Shown in pieces: positions 50,911 through 64,000 of a DNA stretch of 64,000 nt; position 1 is the stretch's first letter, and the number at the start of each line of letters is the position of its first letter. The notes below the pieces were generated by a model, which was not told the DNA's origin, made no database searches, and saw nothing but the letters and a program-made list of their open reading frames with translations. The stretch covers positions 60,078,001-60,142,000 of the forward strand of contig NC_135813.1 of the NCBI RefSeq assembly GCF_964213995.1. Direction: 5' to 3'. The DNA comes from Mustelus asterias (taxonomy: Eukaryota). A program made the translations under genes and the position numbers.

Positions 50911-53900
50911 CAAGTGATAATGATTGAGAAGAATGAGTGAATGTGTGTGTGGACGTGAGGAAGAGAGAGTGCACTCCCCTGTGTGTCTGTGTGATTGACA
51001 ATAGTGAGTGAATGGGTGTGTAGGAGTGGAGTGAGAGAGAGAGTCTGGATATATTGTATTCCCAGAAGAGTAATATGCTTGGAGATTGAGAGGATTTTAG
51101 AATTCGGTGAATCGGGACAAACAAATTAATAAGTTAAGCAGAAATAGTAAATTATACAGGGTCATAAAAACATATTCTGAACTTTTCTAAATGCATATCA
51201 ATAGGAATAGAAATGTGGGAAGATTCTGAGCAAAAACGGATGAAATCACAATGGGAACTAAGGAAATGACAGAGACATTAATCAAATCCTGATACATGAC
51301 ATAAAAAACGATGTAAAAAGTATTAAGAACCAATGGTTCTGCAAGAAGGAAGTCAAATAAATTAGGACTTTTTAATAAGCAGTAATACTGAAATTAATGG
51401 GAATGTGACAAATCCCCTGATACTGCCAGACTGCATCAGAGGGTTTTGAACAAGGTTGCATGCACTGCTATGCAGCTAGCAGAATACGTTAGATTCTAGG
51501 ACAGCTCACAAGGATTGGAAGGTAGTAGACTTAAAACGAATATTTATGAAAGGAGGAATAAAGTTTTCAGGAAACTGTGGGACAATTAGCCTAATATTAG
51601 TTGTAGTCAAAAGGCTAGAATTTTGTCACTCGAGGCGTGTTAACAGGGCAGTGGGAAAATCAGTTTTTTGAGGATGTCACCTGTAGGAATAATAAGGTGG
51701 AAACAGTGGATATAGCTTATAAGAATTTTCGCTTGAAAGGTTAACTCAGGTGCCACACCAGAGTTTGCTACACAAGCATGTCGTCCCGTTGTATGGGCGC
51801 AATATGTTAGCATGAATTGAGATCTGTTAACAGTCAGAAAACAGGAAGTCCAGGCATTAAGCGTTTTCCGGTGTTGATTATTAACTTTGGAAATATGAAG
51901 TATTTTATGTTTAAATTGACTTCACCACGTACATCAATTCCACGCCAAAGAAGTTTGTTGAAGCCAGATTAAAAGCTGGTTGCGCAAGATTTTAACAGAA
52001 TGTAAGCAAGGATGCAAACCGACCTTTGCTTGTGCGGATTGATGATGATGTGGGCTTCATCACAGGCTAAACAAGATCCATATTCAATCGCGCAGCGTAA
52101 TGGCCAATGAGCCGCTTGACTCGGCACGGTTCTTTAACCTGCGTACCTGTAATGCCTCATGCTGCAATCTGAGCAACTCTGTCTATGGCACTTCTAATGA
52201 TAGAAGAGCGGCAGCTATTGGCATTAAGGAATACAATTGATGAACGGCATGGGGTTGCGATAAAGAAAACTAAAAGGCCATCATTTTCTTTTCACTAAAA
52301 TTAATCAACAGCATTTCTACAATAGTGTATTTATTTAATCGAGCCTGATTCTAGATAGTGCAAACAGTGTCATCAAACCAAAACTCGATCTGCTCTTCTC
52401 GGTACATGTAAGAATCCATTAAAGTATTTGAAGAAAGTTATCCCAGGTATCTCGCACCAATATGTAACCCCTAATGAACATCTCCAGATATGACTTCCTG
52501 GTCGTGGTGAATTTTCAATTTGCGGAAATTTGCTGCGCACAAATTTTCTGCCGTGTTCCTACGTCATTATAATGACTACACTTCAAAAGGTACTGTGTTG
52601 TAATAAGCAATTTCTGTAGATGTTCTCGCACTGATTCTATGCATCAATGCAGAGATCCAAGTATTTTTAGATATTAAGGATATCCAGGGATATGGGTGGG
52701 TATGTGGGGATATAACTTGGAAGTAGAAGATCATTCATAATCTACTTGAATGTCACAACACAGAAACACGTAAAATAGGAACAGGAGGAGACCATTCGGC
52801 CCGTCGAGCCTGCTCCGCCATTCATTGAGATCATGGCTTACCATCCAGCTAAATAATTTGATCCAGACTTCACGCCATACCGTTTGATCCCCTTTGCCTC
52901 AAATGCTATACCTAAATGCTTCTTGATAACATTGAACGTTTTGGCTCGACAACTTTCTGTGGTCACGAATTCCACAGGCTGACCACTCTCTGGGTGAAGA
53001 AATTTCTCCTAATCTCTGACCTAAAAGGTTTACCCTGTATCCTCACACTGACCGTGAACGGCACCGAGGGGCCGAGCAGCCCGTTTGTTCATATCTTCTA
53101 TGGTCCTAGAATACTGGAGATAAGGTACGACTGCATCACGCAGAGGGACAGCAGAGAGAGGGCTGGGATGGTCAACCCAACGGTAGCGAAAAAGTCGGGA
53201 ATAGCAAGGGAGAATTCGGACCGCAGTCATAATAACAGAGAGTGCAATTTGTTCGTTTTATTAGGGCTGTTATTTCGAATGCCAAGGGTGAAAACTACAT
53301 GATCAATATTCAAATCTGGAATTGCGGGGACAGCATCTTTATGGAATTTTGAAAATTGAGTGGGAAATTAAAAAGGCGAAAGTGTTGGGCGCATTATATT
53401 GAGGACAGTCGTGGCGACAGCAGCGAAGTCGTTCTGGAGGAGAGGCCAGCATTTTTTATATTATCTGCAAAGTCACCAAGAAGGGACATGCGGTAGTCAG
53501 TCCATTAGACGCAGTGTGAGAGATAAGCGCAATGCGGGTCTCGTGGATGAGTGGTCTTGTGAAGCAATCAGGGGAAATAAATCCGCGAGCGCTTCACGCT
53601 CGTCAAAAGCAACGAAATAGAAGCGATTGTTTATTGCAAATTGCATTTCAGAATCAATCACTTCGAAATTCCCAATACAATTTCAGAATAGTCTCCATTC
53701 CGAGCAGTAGCATGTACTCTACACAACTTTATTGCATTGTATGGGTATGCACAACTTGTGATCGTTCTTTCGCCTGATCCGTGAAAGCGGGGTGCATTTG
53801 ATCTTCAGTTTCCGTTAACGGAAATGAGAGCAATCGATAGCCAAGTAGCCCTGAAAACATAATAAGAACGCATATAGGAGTCAGAAAAAACTCTTACGGA

Positions 53901-56165
53901 AATTAATGAGGAAATCGCAGGAAATCTGGCTCAAATCTGCCAGAAATTATTCAATGCTGCGAAGGTTTCCTGGGACAGGAAGCTATTTTAAAAGGGTAGA
54001 AAAAAAGTGATGCATACAAATGAACGTCTGAATTTGTCACCCATTGTGTGCAAAATTGCGATTTATTATATATAACATCATGCAACATCTGTATAGAAAC
54101 AATATCATAAAATGTAGGAGATTCTTGTCATATATGTGAGATCATCAACGTCACATATTGGGTTTCTTTGGCAATGGACATTGCTTGCTTAAATAACTTG
54201 TACCTGGATTACAGTGAGACGTTTCATATAGGTTATTGGAAAGTTATACAAAAAGTATTGCTTTCTTAGAACAACTAAAATTCAATCATAAACGTAAAAT
54301 TAAGAAAATTGCCTGAGTATATTTAAGCTAATCTCCACACCTATTGCTGTGTCCTGTGGGGAATAGTGGGGGAAGGATTTCCAAGCTGGTGGAACGATTT
54401 TCGGGTTGATCATTAGCCCGTTGGACCTCGTTATGAACTCGTCTTCCGTGTTCAACAAATGCTGGTGTTGGACAAGAACCCGGAATTTCTGCTCTAGCTG
54501 TCGGGATGCACCACAAAATCTAATTTCAAAGACTTGACGCCCATCTGCAACTGCAATCCCTTTTAAAAATGGAATCCGTCTTTTCCGACAACTGATGATG
54601 TTTGCACCTGAGCTTCATTTCGATTGCAATTCACTATCGCTGTGCTGGGTTTTTAAACTGTAACAGTTTAAATTGGGAGAGAAGGGGATTGGGAGAATAT
54701 TCCGGCGCCATTGGCAGGGTCTTCCCAGACTTTTGTTTCAGCAGCTCTCACGTTGCATTAAAATTCTATGTGATTCACATGACGTCCTTCCACGTATCGA
54801 TTTCAGAAAGCATTTCCTTAGCTTCAATCTGAACAGAATGTGACCAATGTCCTATCGCCTATACTGTCCCCGCCATTAGCTTCGGAATTATACATTGTTG
54901 ATCCTGATGAGATCGTAAAAAATACACTCCCACAGAGCTATTGTCCTGATAGACTTTCTGTCTCTGCTTCAGAGATAGCCTCATAGAAATGAAAATGTGC
55001 GGTCCAATATGGTGTGAGCAGCACTTTGTAGTTGTTCTTGACATCAGCAGTTATGAAATTCCACGAGGATCTCTGGACGTCTTAATTGTATTCCATAATG
55101 GAACATTCCGGAAAACAGGCCACCAAGACGTCAGGTGACTTATGGCAACCGTCCTACGTTATTATCTTTGTTTCGTAAAGGTCTCTTTCAATCTGTTCAA
55201 TACGTGTTTGATCAGCCGATTAAATTGAAGATCAGCACCATTCATGCACAAATCACATTTTGGTGACAATGGGGAATTGGTAGTTTGATAGAACAGAGAG
55301 GTTTGTGTCACAGAGAATGACATAATCTTTGTAGAATGTTACCTAGGTGTCCACTAGTGGCCTGTTGGGATCATATTAGCATTAATATCTCTATAAATTA
55401 CCTGGACCTTAGTGTTAAGAGCACAACTAAAAATGTATAACTGAAAGAAAGGTCAGGAAAGTGGAAGACTCCAAAACTGAATAGTGGAACCAGAAGGAGA
55501 ATTTCAAAGTAAATTGGAATTGTGCAGACATTTACTGAATGAAATTCAATACTGAGAAGTGAAAAGTGGAGAACGAATTCAGCAAGGGAGTATTATTGAA
55601 AAAACAAGACGGTAATAGGCATAGAAAATGAAGCAGAGCTGCGACTCTGGATGGAAATAAATTGAATATATCTTAACAGTCCTTCGGGGCAATGATGCTC
55701 ACGAGAATTTTGAATGTTTTACAAGATCATCATTGAGACGAAGTAGGATGGTAATCTTGCCACTTTATCAGTCTCGGTAAAACCGCACTTAAAATGCTCC
55801 GTACCATTCCGCTTTCAAAATATATTACAGTTACTGAGAGGATACTGAATGGAACTAACGGAATTATTGAAGTGACGGAAAGATTGGATGATAGGCAGCA
55901 ATTGTGTAAATCTTATCTTCTCTGTCTCGAAAGGAGAAGGTCGAGAAGCGAGAAGATTTCGTTTTTTATGATTCTAACAAGAGCAAGATGCTTTGGATAT
56001 TTCTGGTACTTTTGCGAGCGATTCATCCGACGTTTCAGGTCGTTGCTCCTCTGAAATTGGCAGCAACTCCTGGAGTTGAAATTATTGAACTGACAAGAAG
56101 TTCCAATGTTACCCCATAACCCTCACTGTGAAAATTGTTCGTTACCCCTGGCTAAATGAGGTGTA

Positions 56166-56271
56166 CACAGTAAGAAGTCTCACAACACCAGGTTAAAGTC
56201 CAACAGGTTTATTTGGTAGCAAATACCATAAGCTTTCGGAGCGCTGCTCCTTCGTCAGATGGAACGCATGA
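56166..56271 (-). mobile_element. 106-bp Penelope 3'-repeat fragment with hammerhead motif (56226-56262)
   Basis: Near-identical to ~44874-44971. Flanked by CTAAATGAG(G/A)TGTA at 56152-56165 and 56272-56285 (14-bp TSD, 1 mismatch). Confidence 0.88.
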
Positions 56272-58169
56272 CTAAATGAGATGTAGCAGGGTTTTTAATG
56301 CCGGACGAATTCAGCGTTCTTACTCATCAGGTTCACTGATCCTGATATAGTAATATTTTTGAACGTAACGTGTCCTTATTATGAAAACTGAACGTCATTT
56401 TGAGATTTTTAAAGGTTTGTTCACGATTTGGAAGTTTTATATTAATCCCATGTATATGACACAATCAGTTTTTTCGCTACCTACAAAATGTAACATTTCA
56501 GTTGAAGATCATTGGTTTATAGTTCTTAATTTACTGTCTGTGAGATTGCCGCAATATAATTGGGTCCATATTCTGCTTGATGGCATCTCTGCACTGCACA
56601 GTTGGAGGTATTTCTCATATTTTGGCCCGAGCCTCCGTTCAGCCGAGAGGCTCTTATGGCGTGGACAGAGATTCAAGCCTTATTTTTTTCTAGGTTCAGG
56701 GTAATCCTCTCCCAGCTGCAGGATTCAGCCATCCAGGGAGGCAAAGACCCAGAGTATTGGCAACGGGTACCGGCGCTAGGGCCACGCTCTGTTTAATTCA
56801 TCAGTTGAAACGACAAATCTTGAGATCCAGCAGTTTTTCATTCTTCTGCTGAGTGTTTTTCAAGTTGTAATTCTTTTTGAAAGGAATTGTTAGTGATTTA
56901 AAACCATGAAATTGCTGTTATGAAATGACTTAATTTAATGCCAGAAACGTGAAAAAGAGTTGAATTGAACGAGGAAACATCTTGCAATCAAATGAATGCG
57001 AAAGTGCAATTTGCACTATTGTTAACGTAACCTAGTAAACATTAATTGCTGGAATCTGCACATCGCCGAATCGTCGGTAATGCAACGTTGAAATCGCCAA
57101 CTTCAAATCAGCACCTTAAACTAAGCTGCTTATCCTGGAAGAACACACCAGCGGTCGTGAATGCATGCCATGCTCGGGAAAACAGTGCCGTTTAAAGTAT
57201 CAGAATTGTTACCGCAGAGAAGAAGGCCATTTGGCCCATCCAGTCTAATATTTCTTGCAAATTTACTCTCATACTCTATTTTTCCCTCTTAACCAATCTC
57301 TTTGTCCTCCTTTGCTGAATACTGAACACCTTCCAATCCTCAGGTTTGCTCTTTTTTTCTAGCAACGTTAAATGATTCCTCTTTGGATCAATGAACACCG
57401 ATAATTTGACCATGCACCTGAGAAAGGTGATACGAAAACAGTGAAACGGTGCTGGGGTGGTTGCGTGTGTGTGGCGTGGGAGCAATGCCATTCAATGGAG
57501 CAGCCCTCTTTTCGAGGGCATATGTAGTGATGCTGTGACTCCTGTATTTTTCTTAATTTTGCAAGCTGTCGAAGAAGTTGAAAGCTGTGGTGACCAGATG
57601 ACAATCTCTGAGTGAGGCTGCCGAAAATCTGATGCTGTGGGTTCAGTGGAAAAAAATATGCACAGCAATTCAAAAGAACAGATGCTGACGGACGAGCGAA
57701 ATTCCAAGTACAAATTCCAGATAATTCATGACGCGTAGGACATGCGAACCCCATTTTGAGTATTTAGAGAGCTCAGAGGAACAGGAAAAAATATTTTCCG
57801 AATAAATTAATGATGGTACGTGTGCACAAAATGATAGACATTTAGTTTTTTTCTTAAATTTTATCCAGCAATAGTCGAACTTTTAAGGCAAGATGTGAAG
57901 AATCTAATCCCAGGTCTTTTTCAGCAGCTGACCCTATCCACTGAAATCCTTCGTAGAGATAGCACTGAAACGATGCAGACTCTCCTGAACCAGAATATTT
58001 CTGTCTTTCACTCTGGACTTATAGCAGTTTCTGTGTCTGGTGTAGCGGCAATGAATACAAGAGAACCAGCCATGTACATGTCTACGTAAGTCATTAACTC
58101 AACCTGTAGCAGCTGCAATTAGGTGGGTGATACCAGCTCACTGATGCTCAGTTTGTATTCCAACTGTGT

Positions 58170-59841
58170 CACTCGAGTCCTGATCTTATTGCAGCCTTGG
58201 TTCAAATATGGACAAAAGAGCTGAATGCCAGAAGTGAGGCGAGAGTGATTGCCCTTGACATCAAAGCAGCATTTGACCGAGTATGGCATCAGGGGCTGTT
58301 GTGGTGAACGTCTTCCAGCTACGAGGAGACCCAGTGACAGGGTACAATGGTTTATTCAGGATTCAAACATGGAGGGAACGACTGCAGATAAACCTCTAGA
58401 GGAGAACCGCTTGTGATACTGCCCTAACAGTTCGTGTACAGCAATCACAGGGATAGCATTCTAATACAGCTCTCAGCTCTAAGTCATAAATACAGACTGC
58501 TGACACAGTTATTCAACACATAAAATATTGTTTTAAAATTCCATTACATACGTTGGCCTGTAGTTAAACCTTCACCCAAAAGCCTGTTTGTTATCCAGCC
58601 AGAAAACGCTCGGTTCTGCTAAAGAGTAAACAACGTTGCTGGCAAGTTCTGCTGGCGTCAAGACCTTGAAGTATAAGCGTTTGACTAGCATATGATTTTA
58701 CTCTGATGCAGAGCTGTTAAATCTATCCGCTTTGTACTAAGTCTATCAATTCACTTTTACAGGGGTCAAAACAAAACTGCGAAAACCAAGGGGAAACTCA
58801 CCGATAGTTGGAGTAATAACTGGCCGAATGGCTGAAGATCAATCATCGCATCTCCAGGACACCGTTGCAGGAGTTCCTCAGGGTAGTATGAGGTATGTGT
58901 TGAAACATACCTGTACATCTGTCCCAGGTCCAACCATCTTCAACTGTTTCAACAGTTTTCTTCCTTCCATCACAAGGTCAGAAGTGGGGATATTCACCAA
59001 TGATTGCACAATGTTCAGCACCATTCGTGACTCCTCCGAAACTAAAGCAGTCCATGCCCAAATACAACGAAAGCTGCTCAATATCCAGACTTAGGCCGAC
59101 AAGTGGCACATAACATTCGCGCCACACAAGTACCAGACAATGACCATCTCCAACAAAAGAGAAGTTAACCATCACCAGTTGACATTCAATGATATTACCC
59201 TTACTAAATCCCCCACTTTCAACATTTTGGGGGATTGACCAAAAACTGAACTGGCCTGGCAGAATAAACAATGTGGCTACAAAAGCAGGTCCGAAGCTGG
59301 GACTCACCTCTGGACTCCCCAAAGCCTGACAACCATCTACAAGGCACAAGTCAGGAATGTAATAGAATACTTTCTACTTGCCTGGATGACTGCACTCCAT
59401 CAACATTCAAGAAGATCGACACCATCCAAGACAAAGCAGCCCACTTGATTGGTACCCCTTCCACAAATATTCGCTCCTGCCCCCACCGTCCGACAGTGCC
59501 AGCGGTGTATACCATATGCGCCAATGCAGTGCAGCAACTCACCGAGTCTCCTTAGGCAGCACCTGCCAAACCCACGAAAGATACCATCTAGAAGAAGGGC
59601 AGGAGACACATGGGAACACTACCACCTGGAATTTCCCTCCCCACGTCACTCACCATCCTGACTTCGAAATATATCGCTGTTCCCCCACAGTCGCTGGGTC
59701 ATAATCCTGGAACTCCCTCCCAAATAGCAGAGCGGGTGTTCCTACACTACAACGACTCACCGTCATATTTTCATGGACAATTAGTGATGGGCAATAAATG
59801 CTATCCTAGCCAGCGACTTCCACGTCCCGTAAATGAATAAA
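58170..59841 (+). mobile_element. Degenerate CR1-group LINE (distinct from the HER1 type), interrupted by a solo LTR
   Basis: ALDIKAAFDRVWHQG, AGVPQGS..GPTIF, FTNDCT; tail GATGGGCAATAAATGCT...AATGAATAAA. Confidence 0.75.
58297..58761 (-). mobile_element. Solo LTR, 465 bp
   Basis: TGTTGT...TTTACA; flanks GGGGC/GGGGT; AATAAA on the minus strand at ~58350; splits the host LINE right after WHQG. Confidence 0.65.
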
Positions 59842-60409
59842 ACGATAGGAGGAAGTTAAGGGCCAGTATATTCCTCCTTAAATATGCAGGGAACTGTACA
59901 CTGTGCTGCCGGTCTGTTCTTCTCCCAAAGCCCCAAGCCGTATAAAATTGGAACAAGAACTTGATTTCTTGAACTATAATTCCTTTGGAAGAAATGTCAA
60001 CAAACAAATTCCCTTTATAAATGCTTGCTGTACCTGCACGATAATATTGTGTTCATTGTACCAGAATACTTGAGTCTTCCTGAACATCAATCAATATTTA
60101 GACGCTTCAGGCCTTTGAAAAATATTCTGCTTTTCCATTCTTGGTACCAATATGAATAACCACACATTTCTCCAACTTATATCCCATCTGTCATTTTGCT
60201 GTCCACGTTTTTAAACCTCTCTTTATGTATTTGCTGCCTCCTTGTCTCGTCCTCCTCATAGGGTACATTTCCGTCAAGCTTTGTGTCATCAGCAAACTTG
60301 AATTCTTGACTCTGCGTCCAAGCGTGAAGCACCGAATATCGAATGTGAATCTCTGAGGCCCAGTGATGGGTGGGTGGGGGGAGGGGGGGGGGGAGGTGTT
60401 GGCGGGGGA

Positions 60410-62143
60410 TGTTGTCAGTGAGTACAAACTTTTCCGTTACATTACTCAAAACTTTCATCGCATTAACAACAAGATAATATAGTTGTCTGGATATTTTAAT
60501 TTGAATAAATTTAAATGTTCTTACAGCAATAACATTATAACATAGATTTAAATGACACAATACTACCCTGCTAACTATGTAGGAACTGAACTTTCCAGCT
60601 CTATACGGTTTTCTGGTCTATGAGTTCAGAATGGAGCTTTGTTTTCTGTTGAGCCATTTTACCTCAGGCACAATTGTAACTAGCCTCAGACTCGCTTCGC
60701 CACAGAATGGGGAATAATCTTAATCTGCCAGCCAGTGAAGTCGCTGGGTGATACAATGTGTGGATTTTACAGAATTGTAAGATTGAGTTCTTTGAATATG
60801 TATCCCGTCCTCTAAATAATTTACTATGATAAAAATGATAATGCGCGCCAGGTATTTTCTGTAATGGACAATCTGAAAATGTAATCCTGTATAAATGCTC
60901 CCTCAAGAATAGCAAGAGCAGATCAAAGAAATAAATGGTAAAATTAACCATGAATTATCTGCGTTGTGGGCTTGCTATTAGCTTTATAACTGTAACTATT
61001 GTTATACTGAATAAAACAGCTTTGAATTATAAGTGAGGTTCAGTCCAAATGTTGATTTAAGATGAGCGCGCAGGATGAATGACCGCACAATGAGGAAACA
61101 CTTCATGAATATCGCATTGGTGAGTATGGCGCCGAGGAGATTTTCACAGTAACTTCATTGCAGTGTTAATTTAAACCCACTGATGACACTTATAAATACT
61201 CTTAAATCTAAACTTAAACTTAAACTTGTGACGCACCCTATGCAAGGCTTTGAATTCACAAAGTAACCCATGAATAAGGCATGTATATTTCTCTGATGAT
61301 GTACTTGCGGATTTGTGCTCGAACTATTCACATTGTCAGATTATCCTATGCATCGAGTGTTATTTCTGCTGTTGAAATCTGATCCGAATTGTTGCTTATT
61401 CTGATGCACAGACCTGTAATCAGAGAAGTGAGAATGGAAGTCAACTTAACGATTCCGTTGTATGAATAGTGTTGATCATACTTTTTCTTTTCGTCTTCGA
61501 CTTCAATAAGGAAACCAGACCTAATAACGTTAGCGGTAAACCTTGCTCCAGGAGATATAAAAATATATAAAATAAATGCGAAATGCTACGGATGCGGGTA
61601 ACCTGAAATAAAAACAGAAAATTCTGGATGAACTCAGCAGGCCTGGCAGCGTCTGTGGAGAGAAGCAGAGTTAACGTTTCGGATCTAAATGATCATTTTG
61701 CAGAGGCCTGTAGAAGGATAATTTCAATCCGAAATGTTAACTGTGTCTCTCCACAGGCGCTGCCAGACCTGCTGAGTTTATCTCGCATTATCTGTTTTTA
61801 TTTTATATTATTTAAAAATATAAATTTCCGCACACACAATGTGAGTGCGCGATTTAACTGAGCCGATAGAGTAAAGCAGCTGACGGAGGCTTGACCACCG
61901 ATTTTACTTTTCCGCCGATTTTTCTTTCTGTTGAGTTCAATGTTAAACTCTCTGGCCGTTTATCACTTGCTCTATATTATTGCACAAGGTTACTCCTATC
62001 ATCTCCCCTTACAAGGCATGCAACGTGGAAGGACAAAAATCATACAAATATTTAGTTGTGTTTGTTTCGGTGCTTGTGCCTGAAACATGGAGCATTTGCA
62101 GAAAAATATTTGGTTAATGTGATTCCCATAATGATCCCCGCGC
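60410..62143 (+). pseudogene. IgL unit 5 remnant: J 3' stub, splice donor and diverged J-C intron
   Basis: TGTTGTCA|GTGAGTAC...TTTCCGTTACATT matches CGTTGGCA|GTGAGTAA...TTTCTGTTACATT (701-734). Intron homology continues: 61021=1621, 61325=1955, 62110=2540. Confidence 0.78.
61606..61803. repeat. ~200-bp palindromic repeat element (Penelope-terminal-repeat-like)
   Basis: AAATAAAAACAGA...CTCAGCAGG.CTGGCAGCG.CTGTGGAGAGA pairs with TCTCTCCACAGGCGCTGCCAGACCTGCTGAG...TCTGTTTTTATTT. Confidence 0.8.
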
Positions 62144-62149
62144 CAAAAT

Positions 62150-63760
62150 GAGTCTTAAGCATGAAGATTGGGAGAGATTTAACCCATGGCAACGAAGGAC
62201 CAAATAATTGATCAAAGGGGAGAACGTAAAATGAAGAAATACAAAATAATTTATGAAAGCATCGATATATAAATAGGAAGCAGTTCGTGATAGTAAACAT
62301 GGATACCTGAGAGACAGAGACAGTAAAAAAATACAATGGGGAATTATACATTCATTTATCCTTTTTCAAAGAAGGATACACAAAACATACCGAAAATAGT
62401 GGAGAACCAAGGGTCCAAGGACAATGAGAAGCTTAATGTAATTGATATTAGTGAAAAAAATAGGTTTTGGTGAAACGGGATTTAACAGCAATGAATCCTC
62501 TCCAGCTGCTATCTTGTGTTATTAGGTGTTAAAAGATGTAGCTGCAGCAATGGTGAATCCATCGATCAATCTTCCAGATTTTATTAGATTCTAGAGCAAT
62601 GGTGGTGCATTGAAAAATAGGAAATACAACTCCGTTGTTCAGCAAAAAATATAAAGAAAACATGGAACATATGGATCTGTTAACCTGATATGGGGAATAG
62701 AGAAGATGCTAGAATGTATTGCTAGGGATGTGGTCGTAACACCTAGAAAATGACAACACAGAGCAAAAATAGTTTCATGAAAAGGAAACCTTTATATCTA
62801 TTGGAATTTTTGAGGGTATGATTGACAAGGTGGATAAGTAGGAACTAGCGTGTGTATTGAATTCTCAGAAAGCATTCGATAAGAAGCCACACAGAGGTTA
62901 TTATACAAAATTAAAGCTCATGGGATTGGGATTACTACATTAACATGGGTTGAGGATTGATGAATGAACATCGAACATGGAGTAGGAATAAACGATCTTC
63001 TTCAGGATAGAGGGCGTACCTAATGTAGCGCTGCAAAGATCTGTTCGGGCACTGCTTGAGCTCCCACAGTTTAGAATCCATATCAGTGACATAAACGAAG
63101 GGATGACTGTAATATATTCAAATCTGATGATAATTCCGAAACTAGGTCGGAAACTAAGCTATGAGATGGCTGGAAAGGGAAATGGACTAGTCAGGTGATT
63201 AGGCCAGAAGATAGAAGTTGAAGTGTGATGTGGGGAAATACGTAAAATTTTCACTTTGATAAGAATAGAAAATCGAATGCTTAATATGTTTTAAAAGTTC
63301 AGAGATCAGTTAATGTTCGTATTCAGAAATATTTTGGTGTTTTTGTGCACAAGTTGCAGAAATGCATGATGCAGATGCAGTATGATATGTTTGTTTTTAT
63401 TTCAAGTTGATAGGAGGTTAAGAGTAAAGTGGTATTACTGCAATTATATTGAGCTTTGATGATAACACGCCGAGAGTACTGTTTACAGTTTGTTGTCCCG
63501 ACCTAAGAATGATATACCTGCATTAGCACTGGTGCAAGAAAGGTATACTAGATCACTACTCAGGGTGAGACGACTGCCCCATGAGGAGAGATCGAGTAGA
63601 ATAGTTCTACTTATTCTGGAGTTTAGGGGAATGAGGGATGACCACATTGAAGTGTATAACGCTCTGATAGAACTTGACAGTATTGTGGCCAAGCGGGCCA
63701 CCTAAAATGGCGATTTATAAAGCACCCTGGGACAATTGGGCAAGAACTAAACAGCAGGTT
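62150..63760 (+). mobile_element. Old highly degenerate CR1 LINE inserted in the unit-5 intron
   Basis: Relics such as KAFDK.PH.RL..KIKAHG and LEFRGMRDDHIEVY. Confidence 0.65.
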
Positions 63761-63761
63761 A

Positions 63762-64000
63762 AACATAGAACAGTACAGCTCAGAACAGGCCCGTCGGCCC
63801 ACGATGTTGTGCCGAGCTTTATCTGAAACCAAGATCAAGCTACCCACTCCCTATCATCCTGGTGTGCTCCATGTGCCTATCCAATAACCGCTTAAATGTT
63901 CCTAAAGTGTCTGACTCCACTATCACTGCAGGCAGTCCATTCCACACCCCAACCACTCTCTGCGTAAAGAACCTACCTCTGATATCCTTCCTATATCTCC
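63762..64000 (-). mobile_element. 3' end of young CR1/HER1-type LINE (runs off window)
   Basis: Nearly identical to 12481-12720. Confidence 0.9.

Overview
Eukaryotic DNA from a shark (probably carcharhiniform, judged from the HE1-like SINEs and HER1/CR1-like LINEs). The window is an immunoglobulin light-chain locus of the cartilaginous-fish lambda (type II) class, organised as five head-to-tail tandem units on the + strand. Only unit 1 looks intact: octamer promoter, leader 175-223, germline-joined VJ exon 361-708, C exon 3382-3704 and a polyA signal. Units 2 and 3 have lost promoter, leader and VJ but keep J-C intron and C exons, each with a 1-nt homopolymer frameshift. Unit 4 has a dead leader donor and a Penelope-like retroelement (12-bp TSD, hammerhead ribozyme) inserted in CDR1, but its C reading frame is open. 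Unit 5 keeps only the last ~8 nt of J with its splice donor plus intron; its C would lie beyond the window. Spacers are homologous between units and filled with CR1, Rex and Penelope retroelements, tRNA-derived SINEs, solo LTRs and G/C tracts. Main unexplained signals: (i) a truncated C-like mini-exon shortly upstream of every C exon, (ii) repeated V loss with retention of a conserved intron block plus C, (iii) a 2.8-kb inverted-repeat-bounded AT-rich insert carrying a CCAAT/TATA promoter and an orphan ORF, (iv) a fold-back template-switch structure before C2, and (v) mosaic similarity between units. All alignments were done by eye, so boundaries of old repeats are approximate.
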